Positions 9,900-19,133 of a DNA stretch of 64,000 nt are shown in pieces. Where the stretch lies: positions 15,130 through 79,129 of the forward strand of contig JAHQWK010000029.1 of assembly GCA_029856145.1 (NCBI GenBank), given 5' to 3'. Positions within the stretch are counted from its first letter, which is position 1. Each line of letters begins with the position of its first letter. The notes beneath the pieces are model-generated. The model did no database searches and had not been told where the DNA came from. It was given only the letters and a program-made list of their open reading frames with translations. A program made the translations under genes and the position numbers. This DNA is from Promethearchaeia archaeon. GTDB taxonomy: Archaea; Asgardarchaeota; Lokiarchaeia; Sigyniarchaeales; SOKP01.

Positions 9900-10394
9900 T
9901 TAGATTTTTGACTCTAAGGACTCATTTATTTTAATTATTTTTCTCACCACTTTCTCAACCTGAACATCAATAACGGTAAGAACTTTTCTATAAGTTTCAT
10001 TAGATGTATAATATGGATCGATAATATTAATATTGTGAGATTCTCCGTTAAATTCCTTTAGTGTAAATATTTTTTTTTTAATCTCTCGAACATTTATAAA
10101 GGTATTTTTAATATCCTTTGAATGCTTGTTTTCCATTGTAAGAACTAAATCCTGCTTTTCTAATAATCTACGATTTACTATCTTTGGAATAAAATCTGAA
10201 TGTTTAACGCCTTTTTCATTTAAATATTTTTGAGATTCTGGCTGTATATAGTTAAAAGCATTAAAAAATCCACAAGAGTCGAATTCCAAATCTGCATCAA
10301 GTTTTTCAGCATAATAACGAGCTAAATATTCTGCTGCTGGAGATCTTGCAGTATTTCCTAGACATACAAAGAGAACTCGCCTAATTTTATTCAT
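9900..10394 (-). CDS. Low-molecular-weight protein phosphatase (LMW-PTP fold)
   Basis: VLFVCLGNTARSPAAE P-loop, DLVLTME, IIDPYY. Confidence 0.9.
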   Translation of the reverse strand: MNKIRRVLFVCLGNTARSPAAEYLARYYAEKLDADLEFDSCGFFNAFNYIQPESQKYLNEKGVKHSDFIPKIVNRRLLEKQDLVLTMENKHSKDIKNTFINVREIKKKIFTLKEFNGESHNINIIDPYYTSNETYRKVLTVIDVQVEKVVRKIIKINESLESKI

Positions 10395-10423
10395 GTTTTT
10401 GTGATTTTTTTTCTTGATATTTC

Positions 10424-10957
10424 TTACAAATTAACTTCTAATTTATTATGTTCAATAATCTTTTCAACAGTTTTTAATACACCCTCCTCAATTTTTTCGA
10501 GAATTTTATTATACTCTTCTTGAGGTAAATAAAAGGGATCTTCTATTTCTAAATTTTTTTTTTCTCCTGCAAATTCCAATAGTAAGAATACTTTTTCATC
10601 TAGATCTTTAAGATTTTTAAACTTTCTTTTCAATTTATCAATATGATGTTTTTGTTCGAATCCTAAAACAAGATCTTGCTTTTCTAATAATTGAAAATCT
10701 ATTCTTTTTGTTTTAAAATCATGAATATCAATACCTTTAGACTTTAAATAATTTGCAGTTCCGGGTTGAGCAGTTTCATAGTAATGATAAATCCCAGCTG
10801 AATCGAATTCTACATTCTTCAACTCTTCTTTAAATTTTGTTTCTTTCAGCCAGTTTGCAAATGCTTCTGCAAACGGACTTCTGCAGGTATTTCCTGCACA
10901 ATAAAAAAGGACTTTCTTTATCTTAGACATTTTTAATTCTTCTTGTTCCTTATTCAA
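10424..10957 (-). CDS. Low-molecular-weight protein phosphatase, YwlE-like P-loop
   Basis: VLFYCAGNTCRSPFAE, DSAG, IEDPFY. Confidence 0.9.
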   Translation of the reverse strand: MNKEQEELKMSKIKKVLFYCAGNTCRSPFAEAFANWLKETKFKEELKNVEFDSAGIYHYYETAQPGTANYLKSKGIDIHDFKTKRIDFQLLEKQDLVLGFEQKHHIDKLKRKFKNLKDLDEKVFLLLEFAGEKKNLEIEDPFYLPQEEYNKILEKIEEGVLKTVEKIIEHNKLEVNL

Positions 10958-11063
10958 TAGAAATATTTTCTGTTAAAAAAAAATTTTGATCAACTTCAAA
11001 AGGAAAAAAAAATATAGAACAAAACAGAAGACTAAAAGATTCTAGAATATTAAGGAATTTAGT

Positions 11064-13475
11064 ATGGCAGATGAAATATATTTCAAGGAATATACAGAAG
11101 ATATTGAATCATTATTTACACCAAAAAGAAATTACACTTTTTTAGTTGGGGCAGGAATCTCCATGGATCCCCCTTCAAATATGCCTTCTGCCCAACAAAT
11201 TGTAAAGGGCTTATTAGAGTTATGTGCTCCCGTAGAAGAAATTGAGAATCTACTTTCACTAGAAATGTTGAGATTTGAATTAGTAGTAGAGAAAATTCAA
11301 GACGTTTTTGATGGAGAACTAAAGTTTTTAGATTATCTTGAATATATAACCGAGCCAAATCTTATTCATCTATTTTTAAGTAATGCTATTACTCGGGGGA
11401 ACTATGTTGTTACCACTAATTTCGATTATTTAATTGAACGTGCATTATTAAGAGTTTTAGATAAGGATTGGCATCAAGATATAACACCCGTTATATCTAA
11501 AGAGGATTATATCATTTATCAAGACCCTAAAACTCTTATAGCATCGGATAAATATCCGCTTTATAAGATTCATGGCTCAAAACGTAATATTATTACTAAT
11601 AGAGACACAAGAAAATCCCTTATAACAACAATTAGCGCATTAGGAAAAGATCGCGCAGAAGGGGAGACGTTCGCGATTGAACCTTATAAGAAATCTGCTA
11701 TTTTCAATTTAATGAATAACCGGACATTGGTTATTATGGGATATTCCGGGAGTGATGATTTTGATATTGGCCCTGCACTAAGAGAAATGCCTTTCCTCAA
11801 TCGCCTTGTTTGGATTGAGCATTCGCAAGAATCTCAAACTAAAATCATTAATATCAGTAAGAAGGAGAAATTAGCAACTCAAGAGATTTCTTATCATTTA
11901 GGCCAATTATTAGAAGAAATTTGTTCTAGAAGTGATTTTGAAGTAATATTAATTAAAACAAATACAATTAATTTTATTCAAAAAAAACTATGGAATATTT
12001 TTTTACCTTATCTTCCTCTAAATGAAATCAATTTATTTGATTCAGAAAAAGAAATTCCCAATTTCTCCGAATGGATTAAACCTATATATAAAGAAAATTC
12101 AATAATTCAAAAATATAAATTTGCATCCCAATTATTCTATCATTTGAAAGACATTAATGCTACGAAACGATGTTCTGAGAAAGGAGTTTTAAATGCTGAA
12201 GAAATTAATGATTTAGCGTCACAATCATATTTTATTAATATGTTAGGAATGATTGATCAAATCAAAGGAAATTATAAAAAAGCATTACAATATTATGAAA
12301 AGGCATTACAAATTGATGAGTCATTAAATGATATTGCTGGAAAAGCTACGGATTTAAATAAGATTGGATCAATCCATTTAACTTTAGGTGAATTTGATAA
12401 AGCACTTGAACGATATAATCAAGCATTAGAAATTGTGGAGAGAATGGAAGATTTATCAAGTCAAATCTCTTGTAAAAATAATATAGGAAGGGTATACGAA
12501 GTAAAAAATGAATTTGAATTGGCTTTAAAATATTATAGTGAAGGTTTAAAAATTACTGAGAAAGTTGGTGATCTTAACAGAAAAGCAGCGCTTCTAAATA
12601 ATATTGGAATGATTTATAAGGCCAAAAATGAATTCAAAAAATCAATCGAATATTACAATGAAGCTTATCATATTTCCGATCTTTTAGGAGATCTTTATGG
12701 AAAAATAATTCTTTTAAATAATATAGGAAGGAATTATGATGAATTTAAAGATTATGATAGAGCTCTAGAGAAGTATCATGAATCAATAAAGATTGCAGAA
12801 CAATTAGGAGATCTTTCTAAAATAGCAGGTTGTCTTAATAACATAGGTTCTATTTATTTGGCTCAAGGAAAACAAAACTTAGCATTAGAAAAGTATCAAG
12901 AAGCACTGAATCTCGAAGAAAGAGTGGGGGATCCATTATTGAAGATAATTTATCTTAATAATATAGGGATGATTTATAACAATCAAGCAAATTATATTCT
13001 TGCTAAAGAAAAATTCACTGAAGCTTTAAATATTGCCAGCGAGATAGGAGATTTATCAAAAAAGGGATTATTATTAGCTAAAATTGCAACTATAGAAATG
13101 AATTACGAGAGTTATTCAAATGCTCTTGAAAAATATGAAGAAGCAGTCTTACTCTTTGAAAGAAAAGGAGAGTTGTCTAATAAAGCCGCCAGCCTTAGTA
13201 ATATTGGAAAAATCTATGAAATTCAAAAAAATTTCTACGAAGCCTTGAGAAGATATGAAGAAACTCTTGAAATAGATCAAAATTTAGAAGATCCAATGGG
13301 AATTGCAAGTGATTTCTATAATATTGGAAGGAATTATAAAATGCAAGGTGAGTATAGAAAAGCATTAGAAAATTATGAAGAGAGCTTAAATATATTTACA
13401 CAGCATGGACAAAAGCAGTATATTGAAGTAATCAAATCTTATATTGACGAAATTAATAGAATAATTAGAAAATAA
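11064..13475 (+). CDS. SIR2-like domain + TPR-repeat protein
   Basis: FLVGAGIS, VTTNFD, KIHGS, VIMGYSGSDDFDI, then roughly ten 40-aa repeats of the LNNIGxxY...AL..Y..AL.I type. Confidence 0.88.
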   Translation: MADEIYFKEYTEDIESLFTPKRNYTFLVGAGISMDPPSNMPSAQQIVKGLLELCAPVEEIENLLSLEMLRFELVVEKIQDVFDGELKFLDYLEYITEPNLIHLFLSNAITRGNYVVTTNFDYLIERALLRVLDKDWHQDITPVISKEDYIIYQDPKTLIASDKYPLYKIHGSKRNIITNRDTRKSLITTISALGKDRAEGETFAIEPYKKSAIFNLMNNRTLVIMGYSGSDDFDIGPALREMPFLNRLVWIEHSQESQTKIINISKKEKLATQEISYHLGQLLEEICSRSDFEVILIKTNTINFIQKKLWNIFLPYLPLNEINLFDSEKEIPNFSEWIKPIYKENSIIQKYKFASQLFYHLKDINATKRCSEKGVLNAEEINDLASQSYFINMLGMIDQIKGNYKKALQYYEKALQIDESLNDIAGKATDLNKIGSIHLTLGEFDKALERYNQALEIVERMEDLSSQISCKNNIGRVYEVKNEFELALKYYSEGLKITEKVGDLNRKAALLNNIGMIYKAKNEFKKSIEYYNEAYHISDLLGDLYGKIILLNNIGRNYDEFKDYDRALEKYHESIKIAEQLGDLSKIAGCLNNIGSIYLAQGKQNLALEKYQEALNLEERVGDPLLKIIYLNNIGMIYNNQANYILAKEKFTEALNIASEIGDLSKKGLLLAKIATIEMNYESYSNALEKYEEAVLLFERKGELSNKAASLSNIGKIYEIQKNFYEALRRYEETLEIDQNLEDPMGIASDFYNIGRNYKMQGEYRKALENYEESLNIFTQHGQKQYIEVIKSYIDEINRIIRK

Positions 13476-13582
13476 AGTCTAAAAAAGGATTTTCTTAATT
13501 TCATTGTAATAAAATTTTAATTTAATTAATTGTATTTTAAAATAGATTTTAATTATTTTTAGGAGATTTTTAAGAATTTCCA

Positions 13583-15154
13583 TTGAAATTTAAAACAGAT
13601 TTTTTAATTATTGGAAGTGGGATTTCTGGGCTTTCGCTTGCATTATATCTATCGAAATTAGTGCCAAAAGTAAAATTATTATTAATAACAAAAGAATCTT
13701 TACACGAAAGTAGTACTTACCATGCTCAAGGGGGAATTGCATGTGTATGGAATAATAACGATAGTTTTGAAAAACATGTTCAAGATACTTTAATTGCTGG
13801 AGATGGATTATGTAATGAAACTGTTGTAAGAAACATAATAAATAAAGCACCCGACAGAATTAATGATCTAATAGATTTAGGAATAAATTTTACACGAAAT
13901 GAAAATGGGGAATACGATTTAGGAAAAGAGGGGGGTCACTCAGAAAGAAGAATTCTTCATGTGAATGACCAGACTGGCCAAAGTGTAGAGCAAATACTTA
14001 TAGAACATGTAAAAAAATTAAATAATATTGAAATCAGAGAAAACTGGTGTGCAGTTAATCTCTATGTCAAAAATTTAAAATGCCACGGAGCATATATTTT
14101 AGAGCAAGACTCAGAGGAGATCCACAACATTGCAGCAAAAGCCACTATTTTAGCTACTGGTGGAGCAGGAAAGATTTATTTATATACCACAAATCCTGAT
14201 ATAATCTCGGGAGATGGTATTGCAATGGCTTATAGAGCAGGTGCTATGATATCAAATCTGGAATTCTATCAATTTCATCCCACATGTTTATATCATCCGT
14301 ACGCAAAATCATTCTTAATTACTGAAGCTATGCGAGGAGAAGGAGCAATTTTGAAAGATATTAGAGGGAATGAATTTATGGAAAATTATCATCCTCAAAA
14401 AGATTTAGCACCACGTGATATTGTTTCAAGAGCTATTGATGCAGAATTAAAGAAATCTGGTGACGATTATGTTTACTTAGATATTGCATCCTATAGAGAT
14501 TCCACTTTTATTAAGGATCACTATCCTGGTATATATGAAAAATGCTTAGAATTTAATATCGACATTACAAAAGAACTAATTCCAATAGTCCCCGCTGCTC
14601 ATTATTGTTGCGGTGGTGTAGTGGCAGGTATTGATGGTTCAACAGAAATAAAAAATCTATTTGTTATTGGAGAAGCTGCATGTACAGGTTTTCATGGAAG
14701 CAACAGATTAGCTTCTAACTCATTACTTGAAGGTTTAGTTAGTGCCTATGAGTGTGCAAGTTATTTTTCAAAACACATTTCTGAGTTAAAAATTAAGGAT
14801 TTTCCTGAATGGGAGCCTGGAAATGCGGTTCCCTCTTCAGAAGCTGTAGTTATAACGCAGAATTGGGATGAAATCCGTACGTTGATGCAAAATTTTGTAG
14901 GAATTGTAAGATCAGATATGCGATTAAAAAGAGCTCTTAAAAGAATGAATATTTTTTCAGAAGAAATTGATTACTACTATTGGAATTATAAAGTTGAAAA
15001 AAATTTAGTAGAATTAAGAAATTTGTCAATGGTTGCAGAGCTCTTAATTAGGTGCGCATTATCTCGAAAAGAAAGTAGAGGTACTCATTTTAATCAAAAT
15101 CATCCTCATAAATTAGAATTAGCAAGAAATTCCTATATTAAAAGACCTTGGTAA
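13583..15154 (+). CDS. nadB: L-aspartate oxidase
   Basis: IIGSGISGL, AQGGIA, EGGHSERRILH, QFHPT, LITEAMRGEG, LAPRDIV, PAAHY..GG, HGSNRLASNSLLEG, ESRGTH. Confidence 0.95.
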   Translation: MKFKTDFLIIGSGISGLSLALYLSKLVPKVKLLLITKESLHESSTYHAQGGIACVWNNNDSFEKHVQDTLIAGDGLCNETVVRNIINKAPDRINDLIDLGINFTRNENGEYDLGKEGGHSERRILHVNDQTGQSVEQILIEHVKKLNNIEIRENWCAVNLYVKNLKCHGAYILEQDSEEIHNIAAKATILATGGAGKIYLYTTNPDIISGDGIAMAYRAGAMISNLEFYQFHPTCLYHPYAKSFLITEAMRGEGAILKDIRGNEFMENYHPQKDLAPRDIVSRAIDAELKKSGDDYVYLDIASYRDSTFIKDHYPGIYEKCLEFNIDITKELIPIVPAAHYCCGGVVAGIDGSTEIKNLFVIGEAACTGFHGSNRLASNSLLEGLVSAYECASYFSKHISELKIKDFPEWEPGNAVPSSEAVVITQNWDEIRTLMQNFVGIVRSDMRLKRALKRMNIFSEEIDYYYWNYKVEKNLVELRNLSMVAELLIRCALSRKESRGTHFNQNHPHKLELARNSYIKRPW

Positions 15155-15205
15155 GAATGAGGTGCTTTTTGTTCCTATAATTTTAAATGGTTACTCTCAT
15201 TAATA

Positions 15206-16489
15206 TTGATAAGTCCTAATCTATCAAGCATTATGAATGTCTATCGCCCTTTTAAGAATAAACTTGAAAATCTTTCAGAAGATCAGCAATTTGGAGTAAT
15301 AATTTCATTTGAAGATCTCTCAAATCGAGAAAAATTCAAAAAAAAATATAACCAATTAAAAATTTTAGGTAAAACTGATTTTATTCCTTCAATTTTGGTT
15401 AATTTAGATAAAGAACAAATTAATAATTACGAAAAAGAAGAATTAATAAAAAATATTGAAGAAAATCAAAATCTTTACCCCGCAATGTTAGATGTAATTG
15501 AAATTTTAGAACTAGACGAGTATAAGAACTCTGAAATCTCATATTCAGGAAAAAATATAAAGGTTGGAATCGTTGATAATGGAATAAATAGAAAATTATC
15601 GGCAATTTCTAATATTTCTCTGAAAAAATATACGATGTATGAAAAAGAAAAAATTGTAAAAGAGAAAGACGGAAAAAGTGAGATCACCCATGCAACAATA
15701 ATGGCAAGTATAATTAGCAATAGATTTGAGAGTAGTGATAGAAAATATATCGGAATTGCTCCAAATGTTAGTATTTTTGATTTTGATATTTCAAATTCTA
15801 CTCAAGAATACTCTTTTTATCATATTTTAAATGTTTTTGATAAAATTGACAAGGAAAAAATTAATCTTGATATTCTTTTCATTTCTTTAACTACAAAAAA
15901 CTCATCTGATGGTAAAGATCTTTTATCCTTAGCTTGTGATTTATTAGCAGAGAAAGAAATTATAGTAATTTGTCCTGCAGGAAATTATGGCCCAAATCCC
16001 TATACCGTAGGAAGCCCGGGTGCTGCTAAAAAAGTTATAACAATTGGTGCTCTTACTAAAGACCTTGACGTAGCAAATTTTAGTGGAAGAGGTCCCACTC
16101 TTGACGAGAGAACAAAACCAGATTTATGTTTCCCTGGTTCTAATATTATAGTGCCGATAACTAATAATTTGAGGCTAAAAGTTTCAGGTAGTAGTGTTTC
16201 TGCAGCAATATGTGTAGGAATAATTGCATTAGTTAAAGAATATGATCCAAGTATTTCTTATGATGGTCTAATGGATATGTTAAATGACTCAAGTGTAGAT
16301 TTACAGTATAAGAAGAACGCTCAAGGTTTAGGAACGGTTAAAGTATCGCATCTGTTTACTAAACTGGATTTGTTTCATGAAAAATTAGTACCTTATAATT
16401 ATTTAATAAAGAAATCTTTAAAAATATCTATTGAATTTTTAATTTTACTTATAATATTATTTTATTTTTTCTATTTTTTTAGAATATAA
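15206..16489 (+). CDS. S8 (subtilisin-like) serine peptidase with C-terminal hydrophobic anchor
   Basis: VGIVDNG (Asp), THATIMA (His), PAGNYG (oxyanion Asn), FSGRGPT.D.RTKPD, SGSSVSA (Ser); ends FLILLIILFYFFYFFRI. Confidence 0.85.
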   Translation: MISPNLSSIMNVYRPFKNKLENLSEDQQFGVIISFEDLSNREKFKKKYNQLKILGKTDFIPSILVNLDKEQINNYEKEELIKNIEENQNLYPAMLDVIEILELDEYKNSEISYSGKNIKVGIVDNGINRKLSAISNISLKKYTMYEKEKIVKEKDGKSEITHATIMASIISNRFESSDRKYIGIAPNVSIFDFDISNSTQEYSFYHILNVFDKIDKEKINLDILFISLTTKNSSDGKDLLSLACDLLAEKEIIVICPAGNYGPNPYTVGSPGAAKKVITIGALTKDLDVANFSGRGPTLDERTKPDLCFPGSNIIVPITNNLRLKVSGSSVSAAICVGIIALVKEYDPSISYDGLMDMLNDSSVDLQYKKNAQGLGTVKVSHLFTKLDLFHEKLVPYNYLIKKSLKISIEFLILLIILFYFFYFFRI

Positions 16490-16509
16490 TCAGTCTTATT
16501 CAAATTTTT

Positions 16510-18012
16510 ATGGTATTTGCTTTGAGAAATTACGATGTTATTCTCATTCATCCACCTCGATTGTTAGAATCAAATAAAGATAAAAATTCCAAATTCATTC
16601 GAGGTTCTTATATTTTTATTCCAATGGGTGTTTTTGCTATTGCAGATTACCTTGAAAAAGAAGGTTTTGGAGTTAAAATAATAAATTTTCCATTAGAGCA
16701 ATACTTAAATCACGAATGGTCATTGACAGGCTTTCTTAAAAATATAAATTTTAAGATATGTGGAATAGATTTACACTGGCTCCATAATGCGCATGGTGCT
16801 ATAGAAGTTGTTAAAATAGTAAAAGAAGTAAATCCTAACAGTAAAGTGATTTTTGGAGGTTATAGTGCTTCATATTACCATGATCAACTTCTAAAATATT
16901 ATAAAGAAATTGATGGAGTAATCAGAGGAGAAGGTGAAGTTCCTCTTTTAAGATATGCTCAAATGATTCAAAAAAATCAACGTCTTGATTCTGTACCAAA
17001 TTTATCTTATCGAAATTCTTCTAAACAAATAAAAATTAATCCCATTACCTATACAGCAAAGAATTTAGATGATTTAGTCTTTACAAATGTATCTCTTCTA
17101 AAAAATGCGGAACAATATTTAAATCATAGTAGAAGGCTTATGGGTATCGCATATAATCTTTCTATTGGAAGAGGTTGCCCATTTAATTGTCCTTTTTGTG
17201 GAGGAGGTCAGAGAGCTCAACAATATTTAACAGGTAGAAATAACGTTATCTTCAGAAGTCCAGAAAAAGTAATAGAAGATATGAGTATCATACTTGATAA
17301 TTATAAAGTTCCGAGTTTCTTCTTTGGACATGGTACATATTCTGCAAGTTTAAAATATTGGAAAAATTTATTTGCGTTAATTCAAAAAGAAAAATTTGAT
17401 ATTGGGGGAGATTTAGAGATATGGAGGTTACCTTTTCCTAAAGAAATGTGGAGAATATTTCATAAGACATTTCATCGTAAATATTCATCAATTAGCGTTT
17501 CTCCCCGAACATTATCTCCCAAGGTTCAAGATAGAATAGCTAAAATTTGTGATCCGACCTTTAAATTTCCTATAAACCAAATTAATGATCTAATAAAGAA
17601 TGCAAATTTATATCAACGGACATTAAGAATTTGGTTAACAGCGGGTTATCCATTCCAAACACGTTCAGATATATTAAAAGATTTTATTTATGCAATGAAA
17701 TGTCTTTTTAAATATGGAAAATCTAATTTCAAACCTATATCAATATATAATGAACCTTTTTATATTTTCCCCGGATCTCCAGCTCATAGATTTCCTGATA
17801 AATTTGGGATAACTTTAAAAGATAATTCTTTTCTACAAGTTGCTGAAGCTTTTAAAAACAGTAAAATCTCTTTTTTATATAATGTAGTAAATTATGATAC
17901 AGAACATTTATCGGGAACATCTATTCGCAGTATGAATAAACTTTTTTTTTTAAGTACTTTTCTTATGTTTTTTACAATAGGATCCAACATTTCTGAGGTT
18001 AGAAATGAATAA
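16510..18012 (+). CDS. Cobalamin-binding-domain radical SAM protein
   Basis: ILIHPP...PMGV..IA, VIFGGYSAS, IRGEGE, GRGCPFNCPFC (CxxxCxxC). Confidence 0.88.
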   Translation: MVFALRNYDVILIHPPRLLESNKDKNSKFIRGSYIFIPMGVFAIADYLEKEGFGVKIINFPLEQYLNHEWSLTGFLKNINFKICGIDLHWLHNAHGAIEVVKIVKEVNPNSKVIFGGYSASYYHDQLLKYYKEIDGVIRGEGEVPLLRYAQMIQKNQRLDSVPNLSYRNSSKQIKINPITYTAKNLDDLVFTNVSLLKNAEQYLNHSRRLMGIAYNLSIGRGCPFNCPFCGGGQRAQQYLTGRNNVIFRSPEKVIEDMSIILDNYKVPSFFFGHGTYSASLKYWKNLFALIQKEKFDIGGDLEIWRLPFPKEMWRIFHKTFHRKYSSISVSPRTLSPKVQDRIAKICDPTFKFPINQINDLIKNANLYQRTLRIWLTAGYPFQTRSDILKDFIYAMKCLFKYGKSNFKPISIYNEPFYIFPGSPAHRFPDKFGITLKDNSFLQVAEAFKNSKISFLYNVVNYDTEHLSGTSIRSMNKLFFLSTFLMFFTIGSNISEVRNE

Positions 18013-18259
18013 GGAAAAAATAAAAAAATTATAATAATTTCTTATTTTCTTCATTTGATTTTTTAGATCTATTTTCCGGAGAGTGTTTTAGTATCTGAGG
18101 GATTGCCTTATACATAGTTACATTAAGTAAGTTCTTTTCCTAATTCAATTCGTAATTTTTAAATATAAGTTAAATTTATTTTTAAAATTGAAAATTATTA
18201 GTTTAATAACTAGGATATGAAATATTTAATACTGAAGTTATTAATTCTTAAATTGTAGT

Positions 18260-19000
18260 ATGACTCAAAATGAACTACTTCATGTAATAATAGATAATAG
18301 AGAACAGAAGTTAAAGACATTATTAGATAAAAAAAGTGATATAATAACCTACGAATCAAAACAATTAGATATTGCAGATGTTGTCATTTCGAGTGAGGTC
18401 GCTATAGAAAGAAAAGAAGGATTTGATTTTGTTTCCTCAATAATGGATAATAGATTATTTGAGCAATTACTCCGTTTGAAAGACACGTATGAATATCCAA
18501 TTTTGATTTTAGAAGGATTAAATAATGAAGTATTTGAGAATACCGGTATGAATATCTCATCAATTTATGGAGCGCTTTCTTTTATTTCATATAAATTGGG
18601 AATTTCGGTGATTCCCACCAGAAATTTAGAAGATACAGCAATAGTAATTGAAAGAATTGCTTATAGAGAACAAGTAAAAGATAGCGCACTAATTTTTTCA
18701 AGAAAAGCTCCCAAAAATTTGTCTAAAAGAGAGAGAAGGTCTTTTATTATAGAAGGATTAGTTGATATTGGTCCTAAAAAAGCAAAAGCATTAATTGATA
18801 AATTTAAAAATCCATATCAAGTTTTCAAAGCAATAAAACGAACAGAAATTCTATATACAAAAACAGGAAATCCCAAAGGTATTAGAGGCCCTCTAGCAGA
18901 TCTTACTGGATTTGGTTGGAAATTTGTGGAAAAAAATCAAAGACTTCTTTTTGGGAAAAAGAAAAAAAGCCCTCAAAAGCGAATTAATGATGAATATTAA
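18260..19000 (+). CDS. xpf: XPF/ERCC4 structure-specific endonuclease, short form with HhH
   Basis: IIDNRE, ADVVI, IERKEGFDF (ERKxxxD), RLFEQ, LILEG, DIGPKKAKALI. Confidence 0.85.
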   Translation: MTQNELLHVIIDNREQKLKTLLDKKSDIITYESKQLDIADVVISSEVAIERKEGFDFVSSIMDNRLFEQLLRLKDTYEYPILILEGLNNEVFENTGMNISSIYGALSFISYKLGISVIPTRNLEDTAIVIERIAYREQVKDSALIFSRKAPKNLSKRERRSFIIEGLVDIGPKKAKALIDKFKNPYQVFKAIKRTEILYTKTGNPKGIRGPLADLTGFGWKFVEKNQRLLFGKKKKSPQKRINDEY

Positions 19001-19133
19001 CTTCTAATAAGATAAAACCAATACGCCTTTTAAATTCTTAATTATTTTTTTTAAAAATTAATTCATTTAAGTTTGCATATAATAGTTTTATATACAATTA
19101 GAACGTCTTTTTAATATAACAAAGGTGAATATA

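Noticed and set aside
12240-13400. Recurrent aataatat(a/t)gga sequences at about 120-bp spacing, resembling an array
   Set aside because: They encode the NNIG motif of 40-aa TPR repeats within a CDS; not CRISPR
16510-18012. Radical SAM gene as the HypD activase
   Set aside because: It has an N-terminal cobalamin-binding domain and lacks the GCPLRCxWCxNPE activase signature
18029-18115. 28-codon minus-strand ORF (MYKAIPQILKHSPENR...) or possible sRNA in the intergenic region
   Set aside because: Too short, with no motif and no convincing C/D box pair
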